In this document: positions 61,807-64,000 of the stretch, in pieces
How positions within the stretch are numbered: position 1 is the first letter of the stretch
How the letters are laid out: every line of letters begins with the position of its first letter
Source of the DNA: Chloroflexota bacterium
GTDB taxonomy: Bacteria; Chloroflexota; Anaerolineae; Ardenticatenales; JAADHH01
Assembly: GCA_013151955.1 (NCBI GenBank)
Contig: JAADHH010000041.1
Coordinates: 8,969-72,968 of the forward strand
Direction of reading: 5' to 3'
DNA length: 64,000 nucleotides
Made by a program: the position numbers and the translations under genes
Notes under the pieces: model-generated
Seen by the model: the letters and a program-made list of their open reading frames with translations, nothing else
Databases searched by the model: none
Told to the model about the DNA's origin: nothing

Positions 61807-61954
61807 TATTTCACAACAAATGTTGGCTTTCCTAACCCACACAAGCCGGAACCCAAAAGGATTCTTGCCACAGATTGCACGAATTAACACGGAAAAAGAG
61901 AATCTCGTTGATAAGGTCCTGAAACGAGCACACAACGCCCGCTTCGCGCGTGGT

Positions 61955-64000
61955 ATGTGGGCCCTCCTCCCCCTTTTCCTCCTGGCGGGATGTGCCCAAC
62001 CGGCCACGTCGCCGGCGGCACCTCCCACGGTGACCCTTGCCGGTACGCTGATGCCCCTTATCGCCACCGGTACGCTCGACGCCGTCCGCCTGACCACACC
62101 TCCGGCGAGCGCCAGCGACCAGAACCCGGCCTTCTCGCCCGACGGCAGCCGCATCGTCTTCACCCGTTTCGAGAAGGGCTACAATGTCGGGCCGGCCGGC
62201 CTGTTCCTGCTCGACCTGAACACGAAGCAAATTACGCGACTGACGCCATGGGAAGACCAGGACAACGTCAACCTGCCCGGCAGCGCCTGGAACGCGACAC
62301 GCAAGCGCATCGTCTTCGCTTCCGACCGGGCCAACGCCGACGACCTCTGGCGCATTGCACCCGACGGCAGCGACTTTGGTCGCATCACCAGCCACAGCGG
62401 CCCGCCCTGGTACATCGAGCCTTCCTGGTCTCCGGACGGCCAGTGGATCGTCTTCGAGGCCGACGCCGGCGTGCCGGACGACCAGCAGCAGGGCAGCATT
62501 TGGAAGGTGCGCGCTGACGGCAGCGGTTTGACGACCCTGACCGACGGCCCCGGCAGCGGCACGGACGACCGCCAGCCCAACTGGTCGCCGGCCGGCGACC
62601 GCATCCTTTTCCAACGGCGCACGCCGGGCAGCGACGATTGGAACCTCTACACGATGGCGACCGACGGCAGCGACATCCGGCCGGCAACGACCGCCCCCTC
62701 CAGCGATACGGACGCCAGTTGGTCCCCCGATGGCCGCTGGATCGTCTACTCGTCCGACTACGGGGGATTGCCCATGCCGAACATTTTTGTGGTGCCGGCG
62801 GCCGGCGGCGCACCGGTCCGCGTGACCCACCACACCTCGTCCGAAGACGGCGCACCCTCCTGGTCGCCCGACGGCCGCTGGATCGCCTATGAATCGCATC
62901 TTGGCCAGGACGAAACCACGCCGGCCAGCCTGTGGCGCATCGCTGCGCCGGTGGGCACCCCAACGCCAACCCCGGCCCCGCAAGCCTTCGACAAGTGGAC
63001 GCTCTGGAGCGGAGGCACAAAACTGCGTGGGGCAAACATCTATCAGCGGCGCGTGTATCCGGAACTGGATGGGATCGAGTTCATGGGCTCCGGCCCCGTC
63101 GGCCCACCCTACGTCCAGACGGACCTCGACCAATTGGCCGGATGGGGCGCGAACTACGTCAACATCTCCCACCCCGGGCTCTTCACCGAGACGGCTCCGT
63201 ACACCGTTGACCTCAGCATCCAAAACAACTTGGACAATTTGCTCACGATGACCGCCCGAGCCGACATGTTCGCCGTGATCTCTTTTCGCAGCGGGCCGGG
63301 CCGGGCGGAGTTCAGTGTCTGTTGCCTGGGGGACAGTTGGTTCGACACGAGCTATCTCAACGATTCTGTGTGGCAGGATCAGGCTGCACAAGATGCCTGG
63401 GTAGAGATGTGGCGCTACACAGCCGAGCGGTACCGCAACAATCCCATCGTTGCCGGGTACGATCTGATGGTGGAGCCGAATTCGAACGAGGTTGGCAGCG
63501 ACGCCGTAAACGACCTGCTCGACATCTGGGACCCCCAGGAGTTTTATGCCAAATACGGGGGCTCGTTGTACGACTGGAATCAGCTCTACCCGCGTATTGT
63601 TGCCGCCATCCGCCAGGTGGATGCCGGTACGCCGATCTTGATTGGTGGCAACGGCTACAGCGCGGTCGACTGGCTGCCCTATGTCCGGCCAATCAGTGAC
63701 ACGCACACGCTCTTCACCATACACCAGTACGCGCCGATGGCCTTCACCCACCAGGAACCACCCCTGACCAACACGTACCCGGGGGTGTTCGATACGGACG
63801 ATGACGGCGTGAATGACCAGTTCGACCGGGCCTGGATAGACGATTGGCTCACCACAGTGGATACGTTCACCGCCACGCACGGCATTCCCGTCGCCGCAAA
63901 CGAATTCGGCACGATGCGCTGGGAAACGGGTGCCGCGGCGTTCATGAATGATGAGATGGCCCTGTTCGAACAGCGGGGGCTGAACTACGCTCTGTGGGAC
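61955..64000 (+). CDS. Lipoprotein: TolB-like PD40 beta-propeller fused to a GH5-like glycoside hydrolase (3' end beyond the window)
   Basis: Absent from the ORF track because it is edge-truncated. Hand translation from ATG 61955 gives MWALLPLFLLAGC (lipobox), then the blades FSPDGSRIVF, SWSPDGQWIVF, NWSPAGDRILF, SWSPDGRWIVYS and SWSPDGRWIAYES, a PT linker, then a TIM-barrel-like region with YDLMVEPN and VAANEFG contexts. The frame is open to 64000. An in-frame upstream ATG also exists at 61820. Confidence 0.8.
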   Translation, partial: MWALLPLFLLAGCAQPATSPAAPPTVTLAGTLMPLIATGTLDAVRLTTPPASASDQNPAFSPDGSRIVFTRFEKGYNVGPAGLFLLDLNTKQITRLTPWEDQDNVNLPGSAWNATRKRIVFASDRANADDLWRIAPDGSDFGRITSHSGPPWYIEPSWSPDGQWIVFEADAGVPDDQQQGSIWKVRADGSGLTTLTDGPGSGTDDRQPNWSPAGDRILFQRRTPGSDDWNLYTMATDGSDIRPATTAPSSDTDASWSPDGRWIVYSSDYGGLPMPNIFVVPAAGGAPVRVTHHTSSEDGAPSWSPDGRWIAYESHLGQDETTPASLWRIAAPVGTPTPTPAPQAFDKWTLWSGGTKLRGANIYQRRVYPELDGIEFMGSGPVGPPYVQTDLDQLAGWGANYVNISHPGLFTETAPYTVDLSIQNNLDNLLTMTARADMFAVISFRSGPGRAEFSVCCLGDSWFDTSYLNDSVWQDQAAQDAWVEMWRYTAERYRNNPIVAGYDLMVEPNSNEVGSDAVNDLLDIWDPQEFYAKYGGSLYDWNQLYPRIVAAIRQVDAGTPILIGGNGYSAVDWLPYVRPISDTHTLFTIHQYAPMAFTHQEPPLTNTYPGVFDTDDDGVNDQFDRAWIDDWLTTVDTFTATHGIPVAANEFGTMRWETGAAAFMNDEMALFEQRGLNYALWD

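Noticed and set aside
61832-63880. 682-aa minus-strand ORF, the longest in this part of the track
   Set aside because: It is the antisense of a well-supported plus-strand lipoprotein/PD40/GH5 gene. Its translation is low-complexity and Arg/Gly/Pro/Ala-rich with no motifs, which is typical of an open antisense frame in GC-rich DNA.

Overview
GC-rich, gene-dense bacterial chromosomal segment. The gene content loosely resembles a filamentous Chloroflexota-type genome, but that taxon call is inference only. All domain calls were made by eye from motifs, with no searches run.

Gene order, left to right:
- lon (partial, minus strand, missing from the ORF track because it runs off the edge) and hsp20.
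- A cheW-cheA-REC/GGDEF operon.
- An accessory stretch (about 7.0-14.7 kb) ending at a tRNA-Thr/His/Arg cluster. It holds a SelW/Rdx-type selenoprotein gene with an in-frame TGA (missed by the track), an AT-rich consensus promoter, a translationally coupled pair (P-loop ATPase + 1177-aa NACHT-TPR-cNMP-binding-cyclase-like STAND protein), an Rpn/YhgA-type nuclease, and MITE copies.
- A molybdenum hydroxylase large subunit and a transglutaminase-like membrane protein.
- A long minus-strand cluster: DUF362, REC-GAF-HK, AAA+ ATPase, PilO-like/TPR/P-domain fusion, PilM, PilN, REC-GAF-HK(HisKA_3), REC-ParA/CpaE-like.
- The conserved nusA-ylxR-infB-rbfA-DHH-truB-ribF operon.
- gltD-like, V4R, a secreted protein with two CBM-like domains, a LysM protein, GH57, tatA and murJ.
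- Two tandem ClC-CBS-TrkA_C channels, and YfhO/GT39/membrane envelope genes.
- A cNMP-binding(x2)-bPH membrane protein.
- A partial TolB-propeller/GH5 lipoprotein (plus strand, runs off the right edge, also missing from the track).

Intergenic DNA is unusually repetitive:
- A MITE family with a 12-bp TIR and 8-bp target-site duplications (3 copies plus 1 chimeric half).
- Repeats phased in heptads, with each unit doubled.
- C6/G6 palindromes and nested inverted repeats.
- Eight near-consensus sigma70-type promoters (TTGnnn-N17-TAnnnT) are visible.

The best candidate for an undescribed system is the ATPase + NACHT pair at 7.8-12.9 kb. The pilMNO-like cluster embedded in regulators is second.
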